Shown one piece after another: positions 37,419 through 49,340 of a stretch of 64,000 nt of DNA. Within the stretch, counting starts at the first letter, position 1; every line of letters begins with the position of its first letter. Both the position numbers and the translations under genes were made by a program. The notes below the pieces were generated by a model, which was not told the origin of the DNA, did no database searches, and saw only the letters and a list, made by a program, of their open reading frames with translations. This DNA comes from Spirochaetia bacterium (GTDB taxonomy: Bacteria > Spirochaetota > Spirochaetia > DSM-16054 > Sediminispirochaetaceae): contig JAXHMY010000001.1 in NCBI GenBank assembly GCA_034520965.1, positions 512,001 to 576,000 of the forward strand. Reading direction: 5' to 3'.

Positions 37419-40134
37419 TTAGTGAAGCTCTCCCCAACTGTCACCGATTTCAACACTCACGTGCAAGGGTATGGATAGTTCTATCGCGTTTTCCATTTCT
37501 GTGCGGATGAGTTCGGCATACTCCTCAGCCCTTTCGGCGGGTGCTTCAAAGATAAGCTCATCGTGAATCTGCAGAAGCATACGCAGCGAGAGTTGTTCAG
37601 CTTCCAGTTTTTGATCAATTTTAATCATCGCCAGCTTTACAATATCCGCAGCCGTCCCCTGAATAGGAGTATTTACTGCAATCCGTTCAGCACCGTTTTT
37701 TTCAGTGCGGTTTCGACTGTTGATCCCCGGAATGTAACGGCGGCGACCGAGCATTGTTTCCGAGTAGCCCAACTTTTCAGTCGTCTCAACGGTTTTATGG
37801 ATATACTCCTGAATTTTTGCATAGCGGTTGAAATATGCGGTAATAAACTCATCCGCCCTGGCCCGGGGTATCTTGAGTTCATTGGACAGGCGAAAACCCG
37901 ACATACCGTACATCACCCCAAAATTGATAGTTTTGGCAATCCGCCGCTGCTCCGGGCTCACATCCTGCGGGTCAACGCCGAAAATGAGGGCTCCGGTGCG
38001 GCTGTGCACATCACTGCCGCTGCGGAAAGCTTCCTGCAGTTCCGGGTCACCGGACAGATGGGCCAGTACCACCAGCTCGATCTGGCTGTAGTCGGCGCTG
38101 ATTAGCTTCCAGCCCTGCTGCGGAACAAATGCCTTTCGGATACGCCTTCCGGCCTCCTCGCGAATCGGTATGTTCTGCAAATTTGGATCGCGGCTTGAGA
38201 GCCGTCCGGTAGCGGTACCGGTCTGGATAAAGCGGGAATGAATTCTCCCGGTGCTTTCGTTTATCAATTCGGGAAGGGTATCAACATAGGTTGACTTCAG
38301 TTTTGAAATTCCCCGATGCCGGAGCACAAGCTGGGGCACGATATCCTCTTCAGAGAGCTGCTGCAGTACATTCAAATCGGTTGAATACCCGGTTTTGGTC
38401 TTTTTGACCGGCTTCAATTTTCGCTCTACAAACAAAACCTCCTGGAGCTGCTTGGTCGAGCTGATGTTGAACTCATACCCAACTTCCGAGTAGATTTTGT
38501 GTTGAATCTCATCCAGTTCTCTACTCATCTCTTTAGAATACTGCTGCAGGGGTTCAGCGGCTACACGGATGCCGCACAGCTCCATCCGCAGAGCACAGCG
38601 CTTACGAGGGGCATCTCTACTTCGTTGAAAAGAGAGCTAAATCCCATCTCCTTCAACCGCGGTGCAAATACCTCGTAAAAGCGGAGGGTCACATCGGCGT
38701 CTTCAGCGGCATATTCGGCCGCAGTCATCAACTCCACATCCGAGAAGAGATTCCCCTTCTGTACTACGTCGCTGTAATGGATTGTCTTATATCCAAGATA
38801 CTTCTCAGCGAGACTGTCCATACCATACCCCATACTGGCGGTATCGAGCAGCCAGGCCGCGACCATCGTATCAAAACTGAGGTTTTTCACTTCTACTCCC
38901 CAGCGGGAGAGCACCTTATAATCGTACTTAAAATTATGGCCTATCAGTTCTAATTGGCTGTCTTGCAGTAGACCAGTCAAAACAGACTTTACTTCTTCTT
39001 CCGGCAGCACCTTTCGGCCTCCGGCGGTGAGCGGAATAGGCGGCCTTGCTGTTTTATAGGCAATGCTAAACCCCACCGGGTCTGCGGATCATTTCATTCA
39101 GGCTGGTGGTCTACATCAAAGGCAAAGCGGCCGGCTTTTCGCACCTTCCGGACCAATTCTTTCAGCTCGTCTATCGTACTGATCAGCGCGTAAGGTCTCT
39201 CGCTTGCGCAGCCCGGGGACTGCTGATTCCCCGGCTCCAGCACCTGCTGTTCCTGTTTTTGACTGAGCGCTGCGCCCTGGGCCTGCTCGGCAAGGGATTT
39301 AGCACCGTACTTTAACAGCAGAGGCACCGCCGCCTTCCGATTTATACTCTCCAGAGAAAAATCTTCCAAATTGGTGGGACATTCATCTGCAGTGTGGAGT
39401 ACGACCAACTCACGACTAAGATATGCAGAGTCACGTCCCTCCTCAAGTTTTTTCTGCTCTCCCTTGCTGCACTCTTCCAAATGTTCATAAATGCCGTCCA
39501 GAGTATTATACTTCTGCAGCAGTTTCACCGCCGTTTTAGGACCGATCCCCTTCACTCCAGGGATGTTATCGGCGGAATCACCCATCAAGGATAGGTAGTC
39601 GATTACCTGCTCAGCCTTTATTCCATACTCATTCACTACTTCCTGGGGGCCGATGTTTCGATATTTCCCATTCTCCGGTCGGAGCATACTTACCCGGTTG
39701 TCTACCAGCTGCAGCAGGTCCTTATCGCCTGAGATTATATAACAGTTACGTTCAGCTTCACTGCAGACCCGGGCTAGGGTAGCAATAATATCATCGGCCT
39801 CAACCCCGTCCTGCCGTAAGACCTTTACCTGCATCGACTCCAACACTTCTTCTATAAAAGGTATTTGTGCGTGCAGGTCGTCCGGAGCCTTTTCACGATT
39901 CGCTTTGTAAGGTTCGTACATTTCATGACGAAATGTTGGTACCCGAGAATCCATTACGACTGCAAAATACTGAGGATTGTAATTGTCGAACAATAATAAG
40001 AGGGTACGAAAAAAACCGAAGAGGGCAGATACATTCCGCCCCTCAGGGTCCGTCAGCGGCCTATTGATAAATGCAAAATAGGAACGGTAGATTATACTGT
40101 AACCATCTACTAAGTAGAGAGCGTTTTTTTTCAT
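37419..40134 (-). CDS. polA: DNA polymerase I (frameshifts near 39050-39100 and 38580)
   Basis: 5'-3' exonuclease (LVDG, EADD, GDSADNIPGV), 3'-5' exonuclease (GHNFKYD, YAAEDA) and polymerase motifs (TGRLSS, DYSQIEL, AKTINFGVMYG, QIHDEL) in three consecutive ORFs. Confidence 0.95.
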
Positions 40135-40619
40135 CCTTGAATATCTATGAAGCGAGATTTTGGAGCTGCATCTCCCCGCCCTGTGCGGGTCTGAAATCGA
40201 CGAATATTCGCCAAATTATGGGTGAGAACCCCGAGTTCCGCCGTCAAATTTTCCTGATTTGTGTGGTTCTTTTCCAGTGCAGTTTCGCATTTTTTGTTAA
40301 AGCTCTGAGTCAGCCTCTGCTGAAGTTGCTGTTCTTCCCGCACCTCTTCACGCACTTCACGCACCTCTTCCCGCAACTGCGGGGTATTCTCGACATCAGA
40401 AGAGTCATTGTGTAATGCAGAAATTACTTTCTGCAGCCCCTCCAGGCGATCCACAAGTTCCTGTTCCATCCGGGCATGGATAGTGAGTTTATCGGCATCA
40501 CTGCACGAAATATCTTCGCTCTGCAAATCTAAAACCTTTAGATAGGTATCCATTACACTTTCCCGCAGATGCATATAGGTGAGTAATTTCTTGCGTTCCT
40601 GATTAGATTGCGGAATCAT
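40131..40619 (-). CDS. coiled-coil protein, possibly FlgN-like flagellar chaperone
   Basis: Helical 162-aa ORF coupled to fliS, ending FIDIQG; the assignment is from context. Confidence 0.5.
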   Translation of the reverse strand: MIPQSNQERKKLLTYMHLRESVMDTYLKVLDLQSEDISCSDADKLTIHARMEQELVDRLEGLQKVISALHNDSSDVENTPQLREEVREVREEVREEQQLQQRLTQSFNKKCETALEKNHTNQENLTAELGVLTHNLANIRRFQTRTGRGDAAPKSRFIDIQG

Positions 40620-41038
40620 CCTGCTACGTTAATACCGCCGGAGTTCTGACCGCCGTTCTGAGCTTTGTTGATTACTTGGTCCCAGGCTGTACGTAGCTCA
40701 TTTAGCTGGCCGCGGACGGTGCTCAGCATATCGACATCTTTTTTCATGTTTGCCTGCATCATATGCTGGTTGAAAAACATGTATAGGCTATACAGGCCCT
40801 GCGCAATATCACCGCCCTTTTCAAAGTCAAGGGAGACCATTAGCTCTGTAACCATGTCCTGAGCCCGCAAAATGGCACTGTTGACTTTATCATACTCACG
40901 GGTGTTGTCTTTCAACAGGTGAATCGCAGTATCTAACTGTCGCAAAGACTCATCGTATAACATGATTATGATTTTACCCTGGCTGGCAGTTTTAATGTGG
41001 GTTTCTCTGTATGCATTCAGTTTGTTCTGCATGCTCAC
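40616..41038 (-). CDS. fliS: flagellar export chaperone FliS
   Basis: AYRET...TASQGKIIIMLYD, ELMVSLDFEKGGDIA...LYSLY and ELRTAW motifs. Confidence 0.95.
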   Translation of the reverse strand: MSMQNKLNAYRETHIKTASQGKIIIMLYDESLRQLDTAIHLLKDNTREYDKVNSAILRAQDMVTELMVSLDFEKGGDIAQGLYSLYMFFNQHMMQANMKKDVDMLSTVRGQLNELRTAWDQVINKAQNGGQNSGGINVAG

Positions 41039-41173
41039 AATAACCTCCCCTCCCTATAAATACGTAACTGTCTATTATCATCGGCCTTCAACATGTTTCT
41101 CTTTACCATTTTCCCTCTGCTCTTGCATAATATTATCATAGTTCTGTATCACACATCACCCCTTATAGACTCC

Positions 41174-43503
41174 TCATCGAGCATGTTCTATAAGAGTAGA
41201 CACCGGAACTACCGTATAACCCTTCGAGACAAGACCATCAATCAACAAATCGAGATATTGGAACAGGTAGTCATCTCGGCCGCCCTTTACCGTACCAATT
41301 CTAATTGGAATAATCGATCCGGGTTTCTTTTTCAGCAGGATCCGCTCTACCAGTTCAGGTGAAGCACGATACATTCCATTCTGCTGGTCCTTGGACACCC
41401 AATCCAAGGGGTCTACATCATAACTTATATAAGTATAGTTCATCTCGCTGGAAGCTTCAATAATCTGATTATTCACAAAATAATAAGGAGTGTGCCACAA
41501 TAGGGCCAGTTCATCGCCCCGCCCACCTTCATCGGCAGTGAGGTTGAAGTATTCATCCTCGTTACGGGCCAAGCCCTGTTTGATAAACTCCTTAGAAATC
41601 CGGTAGCGGGCATCGGTCATATCAAAATATGAGTAAAACAGTGAACCAATCTCATGTCCGGACTGTGATAGTTCAATTACCGCTTCGGGATTGCGACGCA
41701 TGAACTCTCCATTTACAAAAAAGGTACTCTCAAGACCGTAATCGTTGAGGGTATTCAATATTTCAGTCAGCCCCTCGATTGAATCGACAGCATTAAACAC
41801 AAGCGCAACCTCCCGGCGGCGGATCCTTGAACCGTGGCTGAAATTCTTAAAGTTAATTGGCTCCTTCTTCTCTGGAAAGGGTTCGTAGGAGTGGCCGGAA
41901 TGGGCTCCAAGTTGGGTGGTTTTATACTCCTGAATGTGCCGTACCATAATCATATTGGCATAACTACGTCCCTCAGGATTCTCATTCAGGTACACCCGGT
42001 AATCCTCATTGGCTATCGATGCCTCTTTAATATCTAGATTATTTGTTTCAGCCCGCTCCCACTTATTTTCTCGATCAAAGCCATAATATTCACCGGCTAT
42101 ACGTGTATAGATCCTCCCGTCGTTTCCATACCCATAACTGCCCGGCTGACTTAAGGTAACCAGCTTATCATCAGCCTCATTGAGTCGATAGCGTTTAATA
42201 TATTTTCGGCCCGATACGATCAGCTCATCTTCCGCTGTCCAGTTAGCGTACATTGGTTCTGCGTCGGCCTGAGGCTGTTTGTTGGTTCTGCCGGCGATCG
42301 TGCTTGCTTTACCCTCCGCCCTATCCGGGTAGATCAGCGCCGCATGGCCTCCACCGGGGGCCAGCACCATATCCTGAATCTGTTCTGCATCTATTTTTTC
42401 GAAGGAAAGAGAGTCAGTCTCCCTGTCCTTCAGAGCATCTAAATCAAGTCTAAAAAGGGAGGAATTACTCTGCCCGCCTTGAATATTTCCGGTAAGCACC
42501 GTTATTATATCATCTTCTGACCACAAGAGGCGCTTCACCCGGGTATTACGCGGCAGGTAAAGATAGGGGAGGGATACTGTAGACCCGGTACTCAAATAAT
42601 CGTCCCGCTTAAGGTAATAAAGTATAAGGTTACGGCCTCCTTTATTAAACAAAAGCTTGGCCCCATCCGGTGACACATAGAAGCTGTCGAAATTAAAATC
42701 GAAATCAAATGGTATCTTACCGACCACCTGGCCTGCATCTAAAAGATCGCTGTAAAAGGAGCGCGTAAAAAATTCCGCACTAAAAATCCGGTACAATACC
42801 GACTCATCAATATAGTAGAGCTGATTCTGCTTTGTCCACTGCACATTTGACAAAGTACCATCACCAATCAATCGCAGCTCTTCATCCATTATTTCATTAC
42901 GCTGCAGCTGATTCATAGAAAAGTAATATAACTTAGCGGCCTTCTCGTACACGAAATAACGGGAATCCGGTGCCCAGAGGGCATTCGGCTCCTCGTAAGA
43001 GACGGTAATTCTATCGGAAATAGTGTGGCTGGTACCGTTATCCACCTCCAACAAGACCAGCTTGCCATAAGCATGGCTTTCAGGACGAATAAAAAGCACA
43101 TAACGGCCGTCCGGTGAACTGCCCACTTGACGTATCTTACCTGAGTAGATTTCCTCGCCATCTGCGAAGGAGGGAAACTTTTTTACCAACTTAGGTGCAG
43201 AAATTCCTTTGTCCCCTCCTAACCTACTGCGGAAAATTCCGAAACGGTTCTGTATCTGCAGCTGTTTTGACTTTTCCAGATAGCTCACCCTTTCAGGGAA
43301 GAAAGAAAGCTGCTGCAGCTCTCCGCTATCCAGATTATGAGAAAACACCGTCCGGTAGGAACCGTAAGCTGGGCTATCTGCTTTTATAGAAAAAAGCAAC
43401 TGGCTTCTCAAGGCGAGAAGCGTAACCCTTGAAAGTCTACCTCAGCGTGTATCAGCAGGTGGAGGTACACGGTAACACCAGGAGAATCAGATAAACGTTT
43501 CAT
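41174..43503 (-). CDS. large protein with beta-propeller-like N-terminus and C-terminal polysaccharide deacetylase-like domain (frameshifts near the 5' end)
   Basis: WAPDS/VSPDG repeats; NodB-like VALVFN...LESTFFVNG...GHEIGS...DPLDW...KGYTVVPVS. Probable start ATG 43503 lies upstream of the listed ORF. Confidence 0.7.
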
Positions 43504-43549
43504 CCTGGTATATATTTCGGCATTAATGCAGTGTAAGTTCAACAAAAAT

Positions 43550-43726
43550 CTAATCCGTTTTCGTTTCTGAGGCTACTGTTTCTAGAAAATCGACCAATTC
43601 CTGCTCCAGTTGTTCCAATTTATGCTCTAAGCTCGATATTCGCTCCAAAGCGTTGCTGGAGACTACCTCTTCTAGCCTTTGAAAAGAGTCTTCAATCATT
43701 ACTTCAAAACCTTCGGTGGTCTCCAT
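43550..43726 (-). CDS. small acidic coiled-coil hypothetical protein (58 aa)
   Basis: METTEGFEVMIEDSFQRLEEVVSSNALERISSLEHKLEQLEQELVDFLETVASETKTD; TATAAT 7 nt upstream of the ATG; below ORF-track cutoff. Confidence 0.6.
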   Translation of the reverse strand: METTEGFEVMIEDSFQRLEEVVSSNALERISSLEHKLEQLEQELVDFLETVASETKTD

Positions 43727-43771
43727 GGCTTTAATTATACGTGTCTCTTATCGCTGCAATCAAGCTCTTAC

Positions 43772-43909
43772 TAGCGGATTTAAATTTTGGAAGTCTTCGA
43801 CTTCCAGATTTAGACTTCGCATCAGTTTCTTTGCAAATCTTTATATATCTCAACCTTTAGGCATTCTCACTTTGGATAGCGTGATTACACTGTTCAAGAC
43901 GAGTAGCTG
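43772..43909 (-). mobile_element. double-palindrome element, degenerate copy 3 (inverted orientation)
   Basis: Reverse complement aligns end to end with copy 2 (CTATCCAAA.T.AGAATGCCT...TCTAAAT.TGGAAGTCG.AGACTTCCAAA). Confidence 0.65.
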
Positions 43910-44661
43910 AGCTCAACTTCCAAGCCGTCACAGGCCGGCTCAATACCCTCCGGAAGCTGGTGTGACAGAATACGGTGTTCCACATTATGGCAAAGATGGG
44001 TCAAAAACGCCCGTCCCGGGGCAATTTGCTGAATCGTCTCTAAGGCCTGATTTATACTGAAGTGGGTTGGATGGGGTCGATAACGAAGTGCATCGATTAT
44101 TAGTACATCCAAACCTTCCAACATCGGGTAACTTGCATCGGGAATGGAACTGCAGTCGGTCAAATAGGCACACGGGCCTATACGATACCCCAAAATAGGC
44201 AGGCTGCCGTGAAGTACCGGTATAGGCTGCACCCTCACATCGGCAAAGTCCACCGCTTCCCGGCCCAGGGTATTCATGTGGATTCTGGGCACTCCCCCTC
44301 CCTGCCCCGGCCGGCTGAATATATAGCTGAACCTTGTTTCTATTTCTTTTCTGGTATCCGGGTCGGCAAAAACTTCAATCGGCTTGTGATGGCTCAATGG
44401 ACGTAAATCGTCGAGCCCATGCACATGGTCGGCATGGGCATGAGTGAAGAATCTGCCTGTCTATCCCTGTATACCGGCCTCGAGGGCCTGTAATCTAAAC
44501 TCGGTGGCTGTATCAATCAACAGACTGCTCTCTGCAGTTTGAATGAGCACTGATGCACGCGTTCGCCGGTTTTTAGGATTGCTGGACGTACAGACCGGAC
44601 AGCTGCATCCAATTACAGGAACGCCGCTGGAGGTACCTGAGCCTAAAACCCTTATTTTCAT
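43894..44661 (-). CDS. MBL-fold metallo-hydrolase (PhnP/YycJ-like; frameshift near 44455)
   Basis: LGSGTSSGVPVIGCSCPVC, LIDT, THAHADH, AYLTD, HPTHF and LTHLCH motifs across two ORFs. Confidence 0.85.
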
Positions 44662-44702
44662 GTACAACTCCTCATTCTAAAAGACTATAGAACCTGTCAA
44701 AC

Positions 44703-45980
44703 CTATAAGACCGGTCGCTGAAAACCTGTTTGCTGGGCGGCAAACAGGGAATCGAGATAAGCCGCACCATGTTCAAAGCTCTCATTGTCCATTCCTAATA
44801 AGGAGAGCCGAAAATAGTTGCGCAATTCCGGAGAAAAGGAAAAGTTCTTACCCTCCGCCCATGGGGGGGCGGATACTTCCATCGGTATTTCGGTTCTAAT
44901 CCACAAGTTGTACCCCCCCTGCTTCCAATCGAGGTGCAGATAAGAGTACTTTGAAAGAATTCCGGTGATTCTTTTCTTACGCTGCTCTAGAACACGCGTA
45001 CAATGCCCTATATGTTGATCTAACCGGCCTGATTGGATAAAGCGGGTCAAAAATTTCTGCATTAGCGCGGTCGTTCCTATATCAGCTGAATACTTTTTAT
45101 ACAACACCTGACTGTATAAATCAGGAGGTACCGTCATAAACCCAAGCCGAATGCCCGGGGCGGTTACCTTAGACAAGCTTTTGATATAGATAGTCCTTTC
45201 AGGTATGAGATCAACAAACCGCACAGGAGTGCGATCGAGATACTCGGATAAATAGTCATCCTCAATGAGAATTAGATCGTGGACCTCGGCAATTTCGGCT
45301 ATTTGTTCAATTTTTTCTTTTGAATAACTGATACCGGTAGGATTATGGACCTCCGGCATAGTATAAAAAAAGCGGGCTCCCTCGGCGGCCAGTTTTTTCA
45401 GCACCTGTAAGTCCGGACCATCCTGCAGCAGAGGTACAAACTTGGTAGGCTTAAAAACCGAAATGGCTCCCGAATAAGTTGGATCCTCGAACACCATCTG
45501 TTCGGATATCTTGAGATTGTAAAGGCTGCTGCATAGGTTAAGACCCTGCTGAGCCCCGCTGATAATCAACGTGGTAGCCGCGGGTACCCGATACCGCTCC
45601 GAGAGAACTTGGACTAATTCGGCCTCGCCGCCAATCGGTCCTGAACCAAACAAACCCTCCTCTTCCCGAAATAGGTCCTGCATAATATCTGCAGCATCCC
45701 GGGTGGGAAAAAGATCCGCTGACACATACGCCGAATGAAAGGGATATATCCGATTACTCTCGGGGGCACTGTGCTCCGGATACCGGACAAAGGAACCGCT
45801 TCCAACTCTATTTTCAATATAGCCATTTGCCTTAAGACGGTCATAAGCTTTTTTCACCGTCAGTTTATTACAACCCCGTTGTTCAGCTATATCGCGAATT
45901 GAAGGTAAACGAGCCCCGGGAGAAAATCGTCCATCCTTTATAGATTGCCTTATTTCGTAGATATCCTCGTACAGGGTCAT
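44703..45980 (-). CDS. MocR-family (GntR-HTH plus PLP aminotransferase-like) regulator
   Basis: RLPSIR...TVKKAY...GSGSFV HTH; GAQQGL, EDPTY, HNPTG, IEDDY and SLSKVTAPGIRLG motifs. Confidence 0.9.
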   Translation of the reverse strand: MTLYEDIYEIRQSIKDGRFSPGARLPSIRDIAEQRGCNKLTVKKAYDRLKANGYIENRVGSGSFVRYPEHSAPESNRIYPFHSAYVSADLFPTRDAADIMQDLFREEEGLFGSGPIGGEAELVQVLSERYRVPAATTLIISGAQQGLNLCSSLYNLKISEQMVFEDPTYSGAISVFKPTKFVPLLQDGPDLQVLKKLAAEGARFFYTMPEVHNPTGISYSKEKIEQIAEIAEVHDLILIEDDYLSEYLDRTPVRFVDLIPERTIYIKSLSKVTAPGIRLGFMTVPPDLYSQVLYKKYSADIGTTALMQKFLTRFIQSGRLDQHIGHCTRVLEQRKKRITGILSKYSYLHLDWKQGGYNLWIRTEIPMEVSAPPWAEGKNFSFSPELRNYFRLSLLGMDNESFEHGAAYLDSLFAAQQTGFQRPVL

Positions 45981-46023
45981 ACTTTCCTCATTGTGATCAA
46001 ATTTCAGTGATCAAATTTCAGGC

Positions 46024-47331
46024 CTAGAGTAGTTCTGCGGCTTGCTCAGCCAATAAGCTGCGCTCTGAATGCTCGAGTACTACATGCCCAAAATTTTTCT
46101 GCCCTTTAAATGCTTCAACCAGATAGCTGAGACCATTCGAGCTGCTGTCAAGATAGGGACTGTCTATTTGATACGGATCGCCGGTTAACACAACTTTCGT
46201 ATCCTCACCGGCCCGACTTACAATAGTCTTGATTTCATGGGAGAAAGGTTTTGAGCTTCGTCAATTATTATGTAGAGGTTGGGCAGCGAACGCCCTCGAA
46301 TATAAGTTAATCGCTTCGATTTCAACCTGGTTGCTTCCAATTATGGAGTCGAGAGTTCTGAGATTCGGTCTTTTATGGACCGCTAAAATATACTCCATAT
46401 TATCGAACAGGGGCTGCATCCAATGGGAGAGTTTTTCCTCCTTAGCTCCGGGCAAATAACCAATATCTTTTCCCAGAGGCATCACCGGACGCGAGATGAG
46501 TACCCGCTTATATGCACTGTCGTCGAAAACTTTTTTCAACCCCGCCGCGATTGCTAAGAGCGTTTTACCGGTACCGGCCTTTCCCATCATTGTAACCAGG
46601 CTTACCGATTCATCAAGCAGCAATTCAAAGGCCATTTCCTGCTGAATATTGAGCGGTTTAACCCCGCTGATACTTCCGGGAATAGGAAAAATTGCCTTTA
46701 GCTCTTTACTGTCGGACTGAAACCGCCCTAAAGAGGGGTTCTCATGTTCTTTATCGTTAAGAATCACAAATTCATTCGGGTGCAGTTCTTCATTCCAGGG
46801 AATCCGCTCTTCCGACTGCAGTTCCTCATAGGTATCAAGAGAGATATCACCGGTCCGAAAACCCTGGTACAGCTGGGCAATATCTACCTTCTGCTTTTCG
46901 TAATCCACTGCCTTCAACCCCAGGGCTGTAGCCTTTACCCGGGCATTGATATCTTTGGACACAAAGAACACTCTACGTCCCCTCCTTTGCAAAGTAAGGG
47001 CGGTGAGCAGAATTTTATTGTCAGGCTTGTCGGCAATCAGGTCCACCTGTATATCGTGGTCATAATCGAGTAACACCTTGAGGGTCGATCCGTTTTCCAT
47101 TTTCACGCCCTGGTGGATATCACCCTGCTTGGCAAGCTGATCTAAAAACCGTATCGCGTGACGAGCATTCCGTCCGCGTTCGGCACTGGAGGTCTTAAGG
47201 TTGTCAAGCTCCTCCAAAACCCACAATGGAACTACTACTTCGTTGTCTTTAAATGAAAGGATTGCATCCGGCTTGTGGATAAACACGTTTGTATCAATAA
47301 CAAAAGTTTTTATGCGGGTATCATTTTTCAT
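46024..47331 (-). CDS. PhoH2-like protein (PIN domain plus PhoH ATPase; frameshifts near the 3' end)
   Basis: VIDTNVF PIN motif, DNKIL, SKDINARVKA, GKAGTGKT and DIGYLPG; the C-terminus continues out of frame to the stop at 46024. Confidence 0.85.
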
Positions 47332-47496
47332 TACAGCCACCTCTCTATCAATGTATAAGTAACTGCAACTATTTTCCAGACTGAAGCTAGAAAATGGTGA
47401 GAATGCGGTATAGTTTTTTAAAAATGAACAGACAAAAAAACAGGAAACAGAAAAATGGCCGTCCCGCATGTCATGTGCAGGACGACCCGCTATTAC

Positions 47497-49249
47497 TTAT
47501 ATTTGATACAGTGGTCGTGGAGTGTACTTTGTGTGCAGCAAATCGTGAGATTTTTTGCTCAGCGGTTCGCCGAGAAATTCTTTATAAATCTGCTGGATCT
47601 CCGGATTCAAGTGGGAAGCCCTAACTTCCGACTTCTCATCATCCTTGTACAAACCGGCGATTCGTTTTGCCCGTATCTCATCGGTAGTACCGTAGGGCTG
47701 GCCGCCACCGGCGATACAGCCACCTCGACAGGCCATTACTTCAATAAAGTGGTATGGGGGCTCTTTCCCCTCCGCTTTAGCCTTCTGTACCTCACGCAGC
47801 ACAGTGCTTACGTTGGCCATTCCGTGGGCTACGGCAACCCGAATTTTCTTACCCTCAATGTCGACTTCGCCGGATCGTACCCCGTCCATTCCGCGTACAG
47901 CTTCGATGTTCATATCCGGAAGCTCTTTTCCGGTTACAAAGTTGTAGGCTGTCCGCAGGGCAGCTTCCATAACTCCACCGGTATTTCCGAAGATGGTACC
48001 GGCACCGGAGTACTTACCAATGGGGCTGTCTGCAGCTTCATCGGGCAACGTGTCAAAATCGATTCCGGCCGATCGAATGAGACGGGCCAGCTCACGGGTA
48101 GTGAGTACTACATCCACATCCTGCTCGCCGGAGGAGTACATCTTCTCACAACGGGTGATTTCATACTTTTTCGCAGTACAGGGCATAATGGCCGCCGAAT
48201 ATATTTCTTTCGGTGATTTTTTTATTTTCTCGGCGTAATAGGTTTTTGTAACAGCACCCTGCATCATCATAGGAGATTTTGCAGTTGAAAAATTGGGGAT
48301 CATATCGGGAAAGTATTTTTCCATATAGTCGGTCCAGGCAGGGCAGCAGCTGGTCAGCTGCGGCATTTCACCGGAACCTTCGGTCAGGCGCTGCACAAAC
48401 TCGGTAGCCTCTTCCATGATAGTCAGGTCGGCTGCAAAGTTGGTATCAAATACCGCGTCCACACCCAAACGGCGCAGGGCGGAATAGATTTTACCGGTAG
48501 AAATTTCACCGGGCTCATAGCCGAAGGCTTCACCTAATGCTACACGAACCGCCGGCGCAATCTGCACTGCAACGTACTTAATTCTCATCCCGGATTGCCC
48601 CTAGCAGTATGCCGGTTTCATCTTTCTCATAAATAGCACCTACCGGGCAATGGGCCGAACACTGTCCACATTTGATACAGGGGCTATCGGCCAGGGCCGC
48701 ATCGGCGGCCGGAGCAATACGGGTGTTTTCTCCACGCCCCACAAACTCAAGTGCCCACACGTCCTGCAGCATCTGACACACATTTGCGCAGCGGCCGCAG
48801 TTTACGCACTTCTCAGGATTCAAAATGATTGATGGTGTCGAATCGTCTTTAGGTAAATCACGCAAACGAACCTCGTAGGGCTGTTCACGAATACCATAGT
48901 TCGCTGCCAGAGACTGGAGCTCACAATTCTGATTCCGTCCGCACATGAGACAATCGTTGGGGTGGGTCGATAAGATGAGTTCAATCACCGTTTTCCGAAT
49001 TTGGTGCAGCTCAGGATCATGGGTAATAATACCCATCCCCTCCGACACAGCAGTAGCACAGGCACGCATCATTTTAGGGGAGTTTTCCAACTTTACCACA
49101 CAGATACCACACGCCGCCCAAGCCGGCAGGTCTGAATGGTAGCAGAGTTTCGGGATATTGATATTCATTTTTTTAGCCGCAGCCAGGATGGTAATACCTG
49201 CTTCCACCTCGACCGGCTCGCCGTTTATTTTTATGTTTACAGTTTTCAA
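47497..49249 (-). CDS. hydA: [FeFe]-hydrogenase catalytic subunit, group A (frameshift near 48580)
   Basis: N-terminal 2Fe-2S, His-ligated and 2x4Fe-4S motifs; intact H-cluster motifs TSCCPAW, MPCTAKKYE and EVMACRGGCIAGGGQP. Confidence 0.93.
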
Positions 49250-49261
49250 CTGGTTCCTCCT

Positions 49262-49325
49262 TAGTTTCGTATGCCGCTTCGCGGCAACCGAAACGATGAA
49301 AATAGCCGGATACGGCTATTTTCTT
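49262..49325 (-). repeat. 64-nt two-hairpin leader motif, copy 2
   Basis: Minus strand AAGAAAATAGCCGtatCCGGCTATTTTCATCGTTTCGgttgccgcgaaGCGGCAtACGAAACTA directly followed by the AGGAGG of hydA. Confidence 0.85.
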
Positions 49326-49340
49326 AATAGTTAAAGGTTC

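Noticed and set aside
40336..40375. Short tandem repeat (EEVREVREEVREE)
   Set aside because: In-frame low-complexity coiled-coil expansion with no sign of an independent function.
47455..48216. 253-aa plus-strand ORF and other long antisense ORFs
   Set aside because: These are shadows of well-supported genes on the opposite strand, with no motifs or RBS.
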